DNA from: Eledone cirrhosa
Lineage: Eukaryota
NCBI GenBank assembly: GCA_964016885.1
Contig: OZ024760.1
Location: forward strand, 13,082,001-13,146,000
Length of the DNA stretch: 64,000 nt
Direction of reading: 5' to 3'
Made by a program: the position numbers and the translations under genes. Of the stretch, positions 39,683-56,225 are shown one piece after another (position 1 is the first letter of the stretch; the number at the start of each line of letters is the position of its first letter). Under the pieces are notes generated by a model. The model was given only the letters and a program-made list of their open reading frames with translations, was not told the DNA's origin and searched no databases.

Positions 39683-40025
39683 CTATCCAGTGGTGAACCT
39701 CAAACCTGAATATATGGTGGTTCCTGGCTTTTCTACCACCTTAATCTTTAAGTGGGTCTTTCTCAGGGCCTTTCTACACTGGTTAGCTAATTTCCTTCCA
39801 GGTGTAGCATCCACGAACATGACACTCTGGTATCTCTGGTTGCCGTACCATGAGGTGGCTTTCCCTATCTTATGTCTAGTCCTATCTAAGCTGTTCCATG
39901 ATTTTCTCCTGTATAATGGGCAAATTCCTTTCATGTCCAGTTCTATGAGGGTCTTATACTTCTCCGTGGCTCCTTCGTATACCCTGATTCTGTCTCTTTG
40001 GTTGTAGCCAGAGAACTGCATGCGG
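39683..40025 (-). mobile_element. Penelope-like element ORF fragment (RT-to-GIY-YIG linker region)
   Basis: SGY…PLYRRKSWN…SVMFVDATPGRKLA…IKVVEKPG motif pattern typical of PLE ORFs; adjacent to the inverted repeat at 39170-39573. Confidence 0.6.
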
Positions 40026-40554
40026 TTGATATATATATAATCATTATTTAATGTCCACTTACATAAGTTTGATAGGTCCTTTACGGTAGGATATTGGATG
40101 TTGGACCTTTAGTGATTACATTAGGGGCTGAATGTGTTGGATTTACAATTACATTAGGGGCCAAAGACATTGGACATTTGGTGATTACATTAAGAGCTGA
40201 GGGTGTTGTGTGTTGGACTTAGTAGTTTGATGTAAAACAATGAGAAAGCTTGAAAGAATGAGACCGTAATCATTGCACAAAGAGTGTTAATATGTTAATG
40301 TCTAAAGGGAGGAAGTAATAGTAATGTTCTTGTGTTTAAAGGAAATAATATAACGATAAACATAACAAAACATAGCAAAGAAACATAGCAAAGAAATGAA
40401 GAAAAAGTAGCTTCACTTCATGAATAGAATAATGGTGAACAAAAGGCAAGCTACGATATTATTGAAACACATCAGCAAATGGTTCTGAATTTATCAAACA
40501 ACTGAGGAGGAGAGTTGGAAACACTTGAAGGAAGACTCCAAAGAGAAGAACATG

Positions 40555-40588
<34 letters not shown>

Positions 40589-40862
40589 TGATGATTTCTA
40601 GTATAGGCACAAGGCCAGTAATTTGGGGGGAGAGGAAAGTCGATTAAATCGACTCCAGTGCGTTACTGGTACTTTATTGACTCCGTAGGGATGGAAGGCA
40701 AAGTTAACCTCGGGGAATTTAAACTCAGAACGTAAAGGGCCATGACTCTATGCTGTCCCTGTATTTGTATTGTCCTCTATATGTCGGCCCTTGGGGCCAA
40801 TAAAGGAAATCATTATTGTTATTGTTGTTATTTTTATTATTATTATTATTGTTATCATTATT

Positions 40863-40895
<33 letters not shown>

Positions 40896-41072
40896 ATAGC
40901 AACCATAACAACAGCGATGACATCAGCAACAACGACAACAACCGCAGCAACAGCAGCAGTGACAGTAACAGCAGCGGCACTGACAGCAGCTAGAAATCTT
41001 CTGAAGGATAAGAATAAATGACGATAATATAAAACTATAATTGGTTTATAAGGGGAAATCCTGTCTCTACAG

Positions 41073-41815
<743 letters not shown>

Positions 41816-42637
41816 TCCTCAGTATAATGATCCCTCTCTCTCTCCTCAGTGTAACCCCCCTCTCTCTCTCCTTAGTATAATCCCCCCTCTCTCTCACTCC
41901 TCAGTGTAAAGCCCCCCCCCCCCCTCTCTCTACTAAGTTACCCAACAATACAATAATTAAATTACATCTGTTGAATAGTCTGGTTAACTTACAACCAAGA
42001 AACAAAAGAAAAAGAACAATATAACAAAAAACAAACAGCAAAACAAACAAAAGAAAAGAAACAAGAAAAAAAAATCAAAACAAAGAAGGATATATTTGTA
42101 AGGAAATGAATAATATGTGATTTGTGTATAGAACTGACAAGCAACAGTGGGAGATGACAGAGAAGATAAGACAGAGTAATGGACAAACAATGATATGTAC
42201 TGTAGAGAAGAATTGTTATAAAGGATAAAAGAAATGTTGTAGCAAGTGATTACTGGCATAAGCACAGAATATGTGACATTGAAAGAAACACAAAGCAGAA
42301 AAAGAACACAAAACATAAGCATAAACAAAAGACTATAATGGGGCTATTGTGGTTGATGTTAAGCAAAAGTCACTTTAAACTAGCTGTATCTGGCCAGAGC
42401 TCTCTCACCTCTTTCTGGTCAAACTGGCCACCCATGCTAAGGTATTGTTCTCAAAATAAATAACATCAAAATCTCATAGATTTGATATTACATAAGATAA
42501 TTATGTGGGGTAAAGCCTTTACCACAAAAATACAATAGTATATATAGAGTAATGTAAATGGTAACGGGTTAAAAAAACCCATAAAATATACATGGATATA
42601 AATTTATAAAAACACAATGCTAATAGAAAACAAAAAA

Positions 42638-42668
<31 letters not shown>

Positions 42669-42886
42669 TTAACAGAGGCATGTATGCATGGTCCCATAAC
42701 TCCTGGAGGAGTTGTAGGTGTGCCCTATTAATATACAGCATTTCTATGGCATTTTTAAAACCTTGGAGAGCCCATCTCTCCAGGTCTGAATATAGAAGTG
42801 TGAAAGACATGTAGAGGAAGAATTGACTCCAGTATTAGACTGGTACTATTACTACTACTACTAATAATAATAATAATTTAGCATAC

Positions 42887-43076
42887 CAAAGTAATCTTCC
42901 TGGAATGATTCTTCAAATTTCCGGTAACCTGGGATGACTTTCTCCAAACACTTGACACTAAGTGATGCAATTGCCATAGCTCCTTGAAACCATCCTCTTC
43001 CGCGCCACAACACCCAGGGGAAGGGCCACTGACATGTGCCACCGACACCAGTAAACATGGCATTTTCATTGATCTC
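42887..43076 (-). CDS. Calpain-like exon 2 (catalytic-Cys region, Cys absent)
   Basis: acag|EINENAMF…WRGRGWFQGAMAIASLS…KVIP…SFQEDYFG|gtatgc; phase 0/1. Confidence 0.85.
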
Positions 43077-43469
43077 CTGTAATATATCAAAATATATTGA
43101 TTGGTAACGATTCTGTCATAAATATAAATTTGTGTTGTAAGTCTACATTTTGTGTCAAATGCTATATGGTACTTTTGCAGCCCCAACACTGCTGCACCCT
43201 AGGCCCAGAGCCCACCACACTCCCTCTTCCTCCTCCCATCTTTCTGTGACCCCAGATAAATTGAAGTGGAAACCAACAGGTGCGTGTGTTTTTATTGGTA
43301 ACATGACCCTCCCAAAGTACAACAATATCTGTTTCAACACACGTTTTTAGATAAGAAATCTTGCAAAACATTCATAAATGAAAATTATATATATGTATAT
43401 ATATGTATATATATGTATATATATGTATATATATGTATATAGCCAGGATTGGACCACTCATGTAAACTC

Positions 43470-43553
43470 ATATCTGAAGAAATGTCAATTAAGTGTCGGG
43501 AGCCGATCACATGATCAAACCTGAGCTGATTGATATAGAAACAATTGTAATAT
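43470..43553 (+). ncRNA. Hammerhead ribozyme with extended stem II
   Basis: atat-CUGAAGA-aatgtcaatta…tgattgatata-GAAAC-aatt-GUA^-atat. Confidence 0.6.
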
Positions 43554-43591
43554 AAAATAAAGTTTACGAAAGCTGCAATTCTTATTGTCAC

Positions 43592-43659
<68 letters not shown>

Positions 43660-43780
43660 GGAGGTGAGTTTTATTGTAGTACAATAAAGCAGTGCAGATA
43701 TCGGATAAGTAGCACTCTACAGTTTGTAGGACTGGAGTATAAATAATATAAGATCAAAAGATGGTTAAAAGAGTTCCAAG

Positions 43781-43851
43781 TATTTTATTATGCGCATTTC
43801 AAAAACAAATATCATCATGAGATGATATCTGCGTTTTCATCAGATAAAATA
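43781..43851 (-). ncRNA. Hammerhead ribozyme (paralogue of 24941-25007)
   Basis: tattttat-CUGAUGA-stem II-GAAA-UGCGCA-UA^-ataaaata. Confidence 0.75.
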
Positions 43852-43997
43852 GGAAGACATGATATGAAGGTTAAAAAACACTTGTGAATAGTGAAGTTTT
43901 AAATCAACATATATGTTTTGAACCTCGGTTTGGATGAAACAATTGTAAGCTAATAAATGGTTTGAACAGAACTTTGATTCATGTGAATTCTATATAT

Positions 43998-44235
<238 letters not shown>

Positions 44236-44980
44236 GTATATACGTTATTTATGTATGTGTATAACTGAGAAAACATGTATATGTGTATATATAAAAATAT
44301 ATCTTGATATGTATGACATGTTATTTTCAAGAGTTCATCGACCTTAGCATTCATTACACCTCATTACTGATGTAACCAGAGATTTCATCCTTATCACTCT
44401 TTCTGCTAAAAGGATTTTCACGAAAAATTATTCTTGTAATATTTTGTGTGGCGTCAGATATGTCTGTATGTATGTATGTATGTATGTATGTATGTCTGTA
44501 TGTCTGTATGTATGTCTGTATGTATGTGTGTCTCTGTGTTTATGTTAGCTTGTTTGTGTGACCTTCATTTTATATATGCTTGCGTGTGTTTATATATATC
44601 ATCATCATCATCATCATCATTTTACGTCCGCTTTTCCCTGCTTGCAAGGGTGGGACGGGAACTGATTCTGGCTTGATTTCTACAGCTGGATGCCCTTCCT
44701 AACACCAACCTCATTTACAGTGAGTGCTGGGTGCTTTTTTTCCGTGGCACCTCCACGACCACTTTACAGTGGAATGATATGGACCCCAGTCCCTATCATC
44801 TCATTTCTACAGCTGAGTAAACTCATATATATACATAAATATATATATATATGTATATATATATATAGATACACACACATATATATATAGATACATATAC
44901 ATATATATATATATATAGATACATACACATACATATATAGATACATACACATATATATATATAGATACATATATATATAG

Positions 44981-45029
<49 letters not shown>

Positions 45030-45068
45030 CACACACACACATATATATATAGATACATATATATATAG

Positions 45069-45135
<67 letters not shown>

Positions 45136-45583
45136 TAAAAAAAATAAGACTTCAGTTGCATTTTCGATTTCATCCCTTTTTCTTTATACTTCCACTCGTG
45201 TAGGACACCTCGGTTATTTTTCATTTTGTAAAAAAAACCTCACTTTCTAATATATATATATATATATATCTACATATATATATATATATATATATTTATA
45301 TATGTATCTATATATATATATGCATCTATATATATATATATGTATCTACACATATATATATATATATATAGAATGAGTGAAAGAAAGAGTTACAAAGCGT
45401 TAAAACATATCTTTATATAGCTCTGACAATATTGACAACACCAACATCAGAACAATAGCTGGAAGGATCGTTTAGTCTCCTGAAACCTTTGGTAATGGAA
45501 TAATTATATTGTGTTCTTTATTATGTAATTAAATAGCTCTGTACTTTCTTTACCTTTTCCACGGAAATACATAACATATATAT

Positions 45584-45653
<70 letters not shown>

Positions 45654-45697
45654 GGTCGAAACAGCTTGAGCTCTGCCGTCGGGGTCATACTTTTTCC

Positions 45698-45734
<37 letters not shown>

Positions 45735-45828
45735 GTCTAACCCATGCTAGCGTGGAAAATGGACGTTAAACGAAGATGTTGATGATGATGATGATACATA
45801 TATATATACACACATACATATATATACA

Positions 45829-45867
<39 letters not shown>

Positions 45868-46130
45868 TTATACACACACACATAGATCCATACATACACA
45901 TGTAGATAGAGCCATACATACACATGTAGATAGAGCCATGTTTATTAACCTTTAAGAAAGCATGAATCCGACATGTGGTCGACATTGTATATCTCCTTAG
46001 ATTTCCATTCTTCCACAGAAAATAACATTGCCAACGGCAACCAGAGAAATAATAATAACTACACTGATATCTTCTACGCTTGACCCCCCCCCCCTCCTAC
46101 TACTCCTCTCTCTGTCTCACCCTCTGCTTG

Positions 46131-46163
<33 letters not shown>

Positions 46164-46749
46164 GTCACTCTGTCAGTTGACCCTCTCCTCTTCCTCCTCC
46201 TCCCCCTCACCTCTCTCTCTGTCGCTGTGTGGGTGGGTGGGTGTATGTATGTGCATGTCTCTACCTCCCCCTCTCCCCACCCCTCCCTCTATATATATAT
46301 ATATATAGATACACACACACACACATATTTATATATATATACATACACATATACACATATATGTATGTGTTTATATATACCCACACACACACATATATAT
46401 ATATATGTATATATATATATCACATCAACTCAGTGACCACCACCACAACAACACTACCAGCACCACAACACCACCACCATCACAACAACACCAACACCAC
46501 CACAACATCACCACAACACCACCACCACCACAACAACACCACCATCACCACAACACCACCACCACAACAACACCAACACCACCACAACAACACCAACACC
46601 ACCACAACAACACCACCACCACAACAACACCACCACCACAGTGACCACCACAACACCAGCAACAACAAGATACTATGAACATGAAGTTGTTTATTTGTAT
46701 TGGATTTCATTGTTGTTGGTGTTTGTTTTTTCATTGTTGACATTTTCAC

Positions 46750-46783
<34 letters not shown>

Positions 46784-46896
46784 CCATCATCACCACTGTC
46801 ATCATCATCAGCATCATCACCACCATCATCACCACTGTCATCATCATCACAATTAACACCACTAGCATCATCATCAACAACACCACTATATATATA

Positions 46897-47330
46897 GTAT
46901 AAAAAAACAAAAAATCAGTGATGCATCTGGACTCAGTTTATTGCGTGTTACAATTGTTTCGCCGGCAGGTAGCTCGAGACATGATCCCTGTATAGATCTG
47001 GCTGATTTTCTCACTGGGGTGTTATCGTCAAAAAAACACCTTCAAAAAACATCTTCCACTCTTGTCATGCCAATGACTGTTGTTATTCTACGTCATCTTA
47101 AGATGGCATGACAAGAGTGGAGGATGTTTTTTGAAGGTGTTTTTTTTTACGATAACACCCCAGTGAGAAAATTTGCTCCGAACAAACTACCCGTGTCCGA
47201 AGGAACCTGCAGCCGTAGAATCAGCCAGATCTATATAGGGACCATGTCTCGAGCTACCTGCCGGCGAAACAATTGTAACACGCAATAAACTGAGTCCAGA
47301 TGCATCACTGATTTTTCGTTTTTTTATACT
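46897..47330. repeat. Long inverted repeat element in (TA)n
   Basis: Arms complementary apart from an internal deletion; GAAACAATTGTA hammerhead-like 3' core at ~47266. Confidence 0.8.
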
Positions 47331-47577
47331 ATCCACACTCTACTCTGTATGAATATTGAGTGCTAATTTTGGCATACCACCTATGGAAGCACCATAGCTA
47401 CCATTATACAGAAGTATATATGTATATATATATATATGATTGAACAATATATATTGTAGTCAGCATATGTAGACAATATAATAAACACAGAAACATATGT
47501 TAAAGCAAATAAACTCATAATCTCTTCACGCCAACGTTTTATATTTTCTTGGTGCAATACTTGTTTATATATATGTA

Positions 47578-47671
<94 letters not shown>

Positions 47672-48038
47672 TAGCAGTGTATATATATATATAAACACAA
47701 AATAATGTCTATGCCTTAACTAACTTAACTCCATCAAAGTTTTTTTGTTAGATCAAAATATATTTTTGCTGTATTTTCTGGCTTCTTAGTCTTGGTTTAT
47801 GATATATGTAAATATGGCTATCTCTAATCTAATTCATTCAAAACATTCTCTCTTCAATTTATTTTTTGTCATATGTCTCAGTTTTTTAGTTTTTATGGTA
47901 TAACAAAATACTGGTCTGTATGAATATAACAAAGATGCTCGGTTGTGTATATAACGTTTAATTAACAATTTGCAGTTATATAGAATAGTATAGTTGACAA
48001 GTCAATGAAAGTAGATGAAAGAATGAAGTAAAGTTATT

Positions 48039-48337
48039 TGTTACCGTTTTGAAGTTAGCTCGCAAGAGACCATGTTAGGGTTGCCAGGCGAACGCGCCTG
48101 GCCGAAGGCCAGGAGCCGAAAAGGCAAATGAGGAAGAGAGAGCTGAAAGTTATTTCCTTTATAGGTCCTGGGACGGAAGTGACAAAAAGGGCTCTGCCAC
48201 CCCAACAGGAAGCAACTCCAGCTACTGCCTGTCTAGAGAGCGTTACTCTATTGGTGATGTGATCGTCACAACAAGGGAGGCAACTCTTGCTACAATGGCA
48301 CCAATGACTCTCTGCATTAATTTTACTGAAAGCCAAC
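48039..48337 (-). mobile_element. Possible solo LTR
   Basis: TG…CA ends (tgtt…aaca), GC-richer than flanks, CCAAT and TATAAA on -; no clear TSD. Confidence 0.3.
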
Positions 48338-49774
48338 ATTGTAAAAGTTTAACCATTTAGCACTTAAACCGGCCGTATCAGGCCAGGATTCTCTCAACTC
48401 TTTCCTTTCAAACCGGCTGTAACTGGCCGCTCATACTGATGTTAAGGTATTGTTCTCAAAATAAATAATATCAAAATCTCATAGACGCCCCCACTGCACC
48501 TCCCACCAACACCCCTGCTAACATACATACAGTACATACACAACACACAATACACACACACAACACATAGTCAAACACACACACACAAACACGCAACAAA
48601 TACCCAATCTAATTTGCATGCTAATGATTCATAGTGGACTTAATTAATTAGACAATATTTATGCACAAATCAATAGGTATATATTAGAAAACCTAAAATA
48701 TGTGAGTATAACTATATAATTGTTTCTACTATTGACACAAAGCCAGTAATTACCCCAGTGCATTACTGGTACTTTATTTTATCGACCCCGTAAGGATGAA
48801 AGGCAAAGTTAACCTCGGCGGGATTTGAACTCAGACCATAAACTATATAATGAGAGACTATAGATACTATATATATATATATATATATATAACTATATAT
48901 GTTGTAGTGCACCTGAGCACTGTACACAATAATTTCATTATTATTATTATTATTATTATAATAAGACACTATATATACTGTATATATATATATATAGCTA
49001 TATATATATAACTATATCTATATACTATATATAATTAACTCATTATATTGGACAACAAAACTTTTTTTCTGCTGACCTAAGTTTGTGTCTGTTCCCCGAG
49101 TAAGTTGAGACCTGTTCTTCAGTTACTTTGGGTCTCTTCTCGAGTAATTTTTGGGTCTATTCTTCAGTAATTTGTGGTTTATTCTTGAGTAATTTTGGGT
49201 CTGTTTTTGAGAAATTTTTGGTCTATTCTTGAGAAATTTTGGGTCTGCCATTGCATCTGTTAGGTTTTCACAGAATCCTCACACAGTTGCTTTATACTTC
49301 AGATAATTATTATATATATATATATAGTTAATATGAAACATTATAAGATATATAAATAAAAGACTGTGTTTTGTTTCATTGTCATTATTTTTGCCATTTA
49401 TATATTTCAACATTTTACTGGCTTTCTGAGAATTATCGGTCTTTTATTATATACAGCTCTATATGAGCAAGACACGGTCACCTGACCCATCTTGCTCTCA
49501 TGGAACAACCCGTCTAACCCATGCTAACATGGAAAATGGACGTTAATCGATGATGATGTATTATAGAGATTCTTTCCTCAGTTGCTAAATTTGTTCATCA
49601 GGCAAAGAATCTCTATAACTATATCTACACATTACTTTCCTTAAGTATAGAGTAGTACTATGTTTAATAATAGTGATATTGGTCTTAGCTTGTAACATCT
49701 TAACCATATATATATCATCATCATCATCTAATGTCCATTTTCTACAGTAGCATAGGTTATATGTATATAAATAG

Positions 49775-49822
<48 letters not shown>

Positions 49823-50473
49823 TGCCTTTTTTGTTTTCATTGTTCAAACTATATATATATATATATATATATGGAAGTATAAATATATATACATATGTAT
49901 AAATAGCTGTACAAGCTGATTCTTATATATATATATATATATAGTAATAATAAATGTGGAGAGTAATATATATGTATATATATATGTGCGAGTGTATGCA
50001 TAAATAAGTGTGTATGTATATATAAGTGTGCGTGAGACAATGTATGTGTGCATCGGTGTGAAAATCTGATTCCTTTACCATTGAACGTCTGAACTTTCCA
50101 AAGCACAATAGAACGTGCTAGAATAAGAAGATACAAAGCACAACATCACTGCCACATCAACACTGGTCTCCCTCCCTCTGTCTTTATATATACATACACA
50201 TATATATATATGTGTGTGTGTATATATGTATATATATGTGTGTGTATATATATATATATATGTGTGTGTGTATATATATATGTGTGTGTCTATATATATA
50301 TGTGTGTGTGTATATATGTATATATATGTGTGTGTATATATATATATATATATGTGTGTGTATATATATATGTGTGTGTCTATATATATATGTGTGTGTG
50401 TATATATAAATGTGTTTGTGTATATATATATATATATATATCATATACATATATATATATGTATGTGTGTATG

Positions 50474-50507
<34 letters not shown>

Positions 50508-50546
50508 TGTGAATATATATCACATTTATATATATATAGATATATG

Positions 50547-50577
<31 letters not shown>

Positions 50578-51276
50578 AATAATTATATATAATTATATAT
50601 ATGTATATACTTATTTATATATATGTGTATATATATATATTTATGTATGGATATATCATCATCATCATCATCAATGTATGTATATATATGCTTATATCCA
50701 TATATATTGTCTCTCTACCTATGTAGCTACTTCTTGTCTCGGAACTTTCCAGAAGTACTGGTATTTCATAAATAAATAACATTTCTTGGCATGTGGCATT
50801 TTCTGCCTACTTCACTAACTCCACCACCACCACCGCCAACACCACCTCCATCACCACCGCCAACACCACCTCCATCACCACCACCAACACCATCACCATC
50901 ACCACCACCAACACCATCATCACCTACACCGCCATCACCAACACCACTGACAACATCACCACCAACACTAACACCATCACTACCACCACCATCACCACCT
51001 TCAGCACCAACACAACCGACAACACCACCACCAACAACACCAAAACCATCACTACCACCAATAATTATTTAAATCTACCTAGCGTCTAAAAATAACGATT
51101 TTTTTCAGCCCTACGCCTCAACCTCATTTGCATATTCATCAAATTAACTTGAAATATTTGTTTTTTCCTTTCGTCCCCTTTTTCCCTTTTTCTCTCTTTC
51201 CTTTCACTATCCAGGTGAAACTTGAACTGTTAAGGTCTCATTTGTGGATATGTCAATATTTATAAAACAAACTTTG

Positions 51277-51337
51277 TATTTTATCTGATGAGAGTGTACC
51301 AAAGTTTTGGTGCCCTTGAAATATATATAATAGAATA
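51277..51337 (+). ncRNA. Minimal type-I hammerhead ribozyme
   Basis: tattttat-CUGAUGA-gagtgtaccaa agtt ttggtgccctt-GAAA-tatata-UA^-atagaata. Confidence 0.8.
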
Positions 51338-52839
51338 AATATAGTTTTATAAATATAGTTTCCATTTATTAATATCATTGTATATATATATAAGTTTATC
51401 AATCGGGGGTAACCACAGTAAGTAAGGTACTCAATACAAAGCAGAGTATGAATATTTAATATAGAAAAGGCTTCTACAGGACTAGAACTGTTTCATTCGG
51501 GAGAATGACCTCACCCATCCCAATCCCCACCCTCTCCTACCGCCAGAAAAGATATAAATACCACCATATTACTTGGACAGTCGGCTTCCTGATGATTTCT
51601 CCCGAATGGAATAGTTCTAGTCCTGTAGAAACCTTTTCCATATCATATATATATATATATAGTTGTTGTAGGGTTGCAGGTAAATGCATCTGTAGGTGGT
51701 ATGCCAGTGACCCTTCAAATGCAGAGTCGGGTTCGATCTGTAACAGATCCTGCCTCGAGCTGATCAACGGAGAAACATATGTAATATGTTAATAAATTGT
51801 GGTTTGATGCATTACTGATTCTTCGTTGTTTATAATATATATATATATATTCATTCATTTCATTCATTTCATTTTACGTCCACTTTTCCCTGCTTGCAAG
51901 GGTGGAACGGGAACTGATTCTGGCTTGATTTCTACAGCTGGATGCCCTTCCTAACACCAACCTCATTTACAGTGAGTGCTGGGTGCTTTTTTGCTGTGGC
52001 ACCTCCACGACCACTTTGCAGTGGAATAATAGGGACCCCAGTCCCTATCATCTCATTTCTACAGCTGAGTAAACTGGAGCAATGTGAAATAAAGTGTCCT
52101 GCTCAAGGAAACAACACATCACCCCATCTGAGAATTGAACTCACAACCTTTCGATTGCAAGACCAATGCTCTAACCACTAAGCCATGTGCCTCCATTATA
52201 TATATATTTCTTTAAGTCGTTTGGAAGCCTCGACAATGCAGATGGGTAAATCTCGGGCTAACAAGATCCGATGGTGGAGAGAAAGATGTAAGTGGGTGTA
52301 CGTTGAGATGCGTGGCGTGTATAAGACTGTAACGTGTAGAGGAATGAAGCAAAGAGCGTAAAGGATAAAAATAAAAATAATAACACGAGAAAGAGTTACC
52401 TTGGGAGAGATTTAATTGTCCCTATATATTTACACATTACAGTCTTATACATGCATCTCAATGTTCACCCACTTACATCTTTCTCTCCACCACCGGATCT
52501 TGTTACCCGGAGATTTACCCATCTGCATTGTCGAGGCTTCCAAACGACTTAAAGAAATTTACTTATTATTCCACAATGCTTCAAGCAAACTTCAATACTC
52601 TCATATATACATATATATATGTATATATATATATAGTAAAAGAGTGAAGAATAACATGGTCGGCTGTACAAAAAGGGTTTATTTACAGTATTAACAATTG
52701 TTTCATTAATCAGGTGAGTCTAAAAGCCACTGATCCTTAGAAATTAGATTACTCGACATTAATTACAGTGTTTGCCTGATCAAATCATAAAAATACTGAT
52801 GGATTACTTTAAGCGTTTCCTTCTTATCCTATATATAAT

Positions 52840-52883
<44 letters not shown>

Positions 52884-53131
52884 GTAAGTATGTTTTGAAA
52901 CAGCGAGTGATATTGAAATTAGAAATAGAAGCTTTCGCCTTATTTTTGCCTAAAGAAATTTAAGCCTAATAGTGGGGTTTAGAACCCTCAAAGAAATGGA
53001 AAAACTTAAGCCAAAATCTCAATTTGGGAGGATAACACATTCATTTTATGATATTAGCATAGTCATAACATTGAATCAGTCATTTTATGATATATCATAA
53101 GCGTAACATCCATTTGCCAATAGTCAAAGGC

Positions 53132-53510
53132 GATGACACACGACCGTGACCTCTGGCGTCACGCAGATATACAGAGTACCTGACCTCCCATGGGTACAAG
53201 CTGAAGCATATAGACAATATCCCCCATACCCTCCCACTGCAAGGTGGTCGTGGAGGTGCCATGGCAAAAAAGCACCCAGCCCACACTGTAAAGTGGACGT
53301 GTAGGCGCCACGGAAAAAGCACCCAGCACTCACTGTAAATGAGGTTGGTGTTAGGAAGGGCATCCAGCTGTAGAAATCAAGCCCAAATCAGTTCCTGTAT
53401 GAGCAAGGCATGGTCAGCCGACCAGACACTGCCTACAACAGGACAACCCGTCTAACCCATGCTAGCATGGAAGAACGGACGTAAAACGGTGATGATGATG
53501 ATGATGATGT
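53132..53510 (+). mobile_element. Short RTE-derived non-autonomous copy (end of ORF + 3' UTR)
   Basis: Near-identical to 30016-30382; further copies on - at 27095-27454 and 36308-36680. Confidence 0.8.
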
Positions 53511-53857
53511 CGTAGTCACCATAGCAACCATTTAAGCTATATTCAAATTCTGGGTATAGATATTAGTATATCTATAATAATTAAATAAATCCTGCTAATT
53601 GCAATAATTAAACATGTCATATTATCATTGCTTAACAACGGTTAGGATAATTATCATCAGCTCCAGATCATATCATAATTAACTCACATACTATTAATTC
53701 TCTAATGATGTTATCAAATTAATCCTGTCGCTAAAGTAACTCTGAGGTGATATTTCCATACCAGTGGCATGTAACAGTAAACTTTTCTAATTATTGTAAC
53801 GAAGATGTGTATTTAGTTATACAATCAACTAGATGACCAGCCAGCTCGTCAATTTAA

Positions 53858-54095
53858 CGTGTAAGTGGTCATGTAAATGTGTAAGTAGCTGTGTAAATGT
53901 GTAAGTAGCTGTGTAAATGTGTAAGTAGATGTGTAAGTAGCTGTGTAGATGTATATGTAGCCATGTAAATGTATAAGTGGCCGTGTAAACGTGTAAGTTG
54001 TCGTGTAAATGTGTAAGTGGCCGTGTAAATGTGTAAGTGGCCGTGTAAACATGTGTAAGTGGCCGTGTAAATGTGTAAGTGGCCGTGTAAACACA
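53858..54095. repeat. ~20-bp tandem repeat
   Basis: gtgtaagtggccgtgtaaat variants. Confidence 0.85.
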
Positions 54096-55163
54096 TGTAA
54101 TCTATAATCCCCTCAATATGAAACTGCTTGAAACTGTCCCTGACTTTATGATGCAAAATTGTTTATTCTAAAGTGTTTATATTTATCTGCAAACCTTTTA
54201 TTTATAAACCTATTAACATTGAAACTGGCTGTGCCCAGCCAGAATTCTCTCGCCCCTTTCTGTCCAAACCAGCTGTAACTGGCCACTCATACTGATGTTA
54301 AGGTATTGTTATCAAAATAAATAATATCAAAATCTCATAGATTTGATATTATGTGAGATAATTATGTGAGGGTAAAGCCTTTACTGTTAAAATATAATAG
54401 TAAATATAGAGTAAAATAAATGCTAAAGGGTTAAGTTTTTCATTTGTTATATAGGAGCAAATTGTCAGTCGTTGGAATGTCGGATAGAATGCTTTATGGT
54501 ATTTGTTCCAGCTTTCTGCTCTCTGAGGTCAAATCCCACTGAGGTCAACTTTACCTTTCATCCTTTCGAGGTCGATAAAACATAGTACCAGTCTAGTACT
54601 GGGGTCGATTCTTCCTCTATATCTCTTTCTCATTTGCACTCTATCACTTTCTATCTTTCTCTGGAAGAAATCTGCTCTACTCAGACCTGGGGAAGGATGG
54701 AGCACTCCCAGGCTTTATATTGGCCAAGAAACACTGTATGTCAATACGCCACCCTGTGTCTCTATCAGGTGTTATGGGACCATACCATACCATATCATAT
54801 TTGTTTAGTTATATTACTAAATCCTTCCAAATTCTTCAGTATTTTCAAAATTATTTTAAAATCAAAGGCAGCGTCTTTCATTGTGGAGGTACATGGCCTA
54901 GTAGTAAAGGTGTTGGACTTACAATTGTAATGTCATGGGTTCAATTCCTGGGTTGGGCTGTGTGTTGTATTCTTGAGCAAAACACTTCATTTCACATTAC
55001 TCTAATATACTCAGCTGAAAATGAGTACCAACAATAATAACCGAGGGTTTAACCATGCAACGGACTGGCATCCTGTGACCTTGAGCCAATCGTCTGTGAA
55101 ACACGTGTAACTGGTCGAGGCACAGTAAAAATCTTATACTTGTAAACAAAATGTCCTTCGTTT

Positions 55164-55274
<111 letters not shown>

Positions 55275-55695
55275 TGATACACACATATATATATAAATAT
55301 ATTATATAATTATATATATATATTCGCACATGTGTGAATATATGCGTGTATTTGTATGTATGTAAAAAGATTTCTTTTGCATTAGGTGGGTGTATATATT
55401 GATAGAATGAACAGCCATCTATGATTACCTCCTACCTTGTTAAATAATAATCTTATACACGCACGTGCCATCACACACACTTGTATGATTATATATATAT
55501 ACACCCACACAGAATTATATATACATTTATAAATATACATCTAACCATATGTGCGTAATTTTACACAAATATCCATGTTCTATAATGAAGGCATACACAC
55601 ACACTCACACTTACACACACATACAAGCACACACACAACCCCCCCCCCCCCCACACACACACAAACATACATATACTTATACCAACAAACACACA

Positions 55696-56225
55696 TTGTG
55701 GACTGGGTACTTTTTGTTGTGACACCTACACAATCACTTTAGAGTGTGGACTGGGTACTTTTTGTTGTGAGACCTACACAATCACTTTACAGTGTGGACT
55801 GGGTACTTTTTGTTGTGAGACCTACACAATCACTTTACAATGTGGACTGGGTACTTTTTGTTGTGAGACCTACATGACCACTTTACAGTGCGGACTGGGT
55901 ACTTTTTGTTGTGAGACCTACATGACCACTTTACAGTGTGGACTGGGTACTTTTTGTTGTGAGATCTACATGACCACTTTACAGTGCGGACTGGGTACTT
56001 TTTGTTGTGACACCTACATGACCACTATACAGTGCGGACTGGGTACTTTTTGTTGTGACACCTACACAATCACTTTACAGTGTGGACTGGGTACTTTTTG
56101 TTGTGACAACTACACAATCACTTTACAGTGTGGACTGGGTACTTTTTGTTGTGACACCTACATGACCACTTTACAGTGTGGACTGGGTACTTTTTGTTGT
56201 GACACCTACATGACCACTTTACAAT
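55696..56225. repeat. 45-bp minisatellite derived from the same SINE sub-repeat
   Basis: ctttacagtgtggactgggtactttttgttgtgacacctacatgacca, ~12 copies. Confidence 0.9.

Noticed and set aside
52206-52558. Possible ribozyme in this inverted-repeat family (also 60621-60911)
   Set aside because: No hammerhead core or convincing HDV-like pseudoknot found by eye; kept only as a repeat
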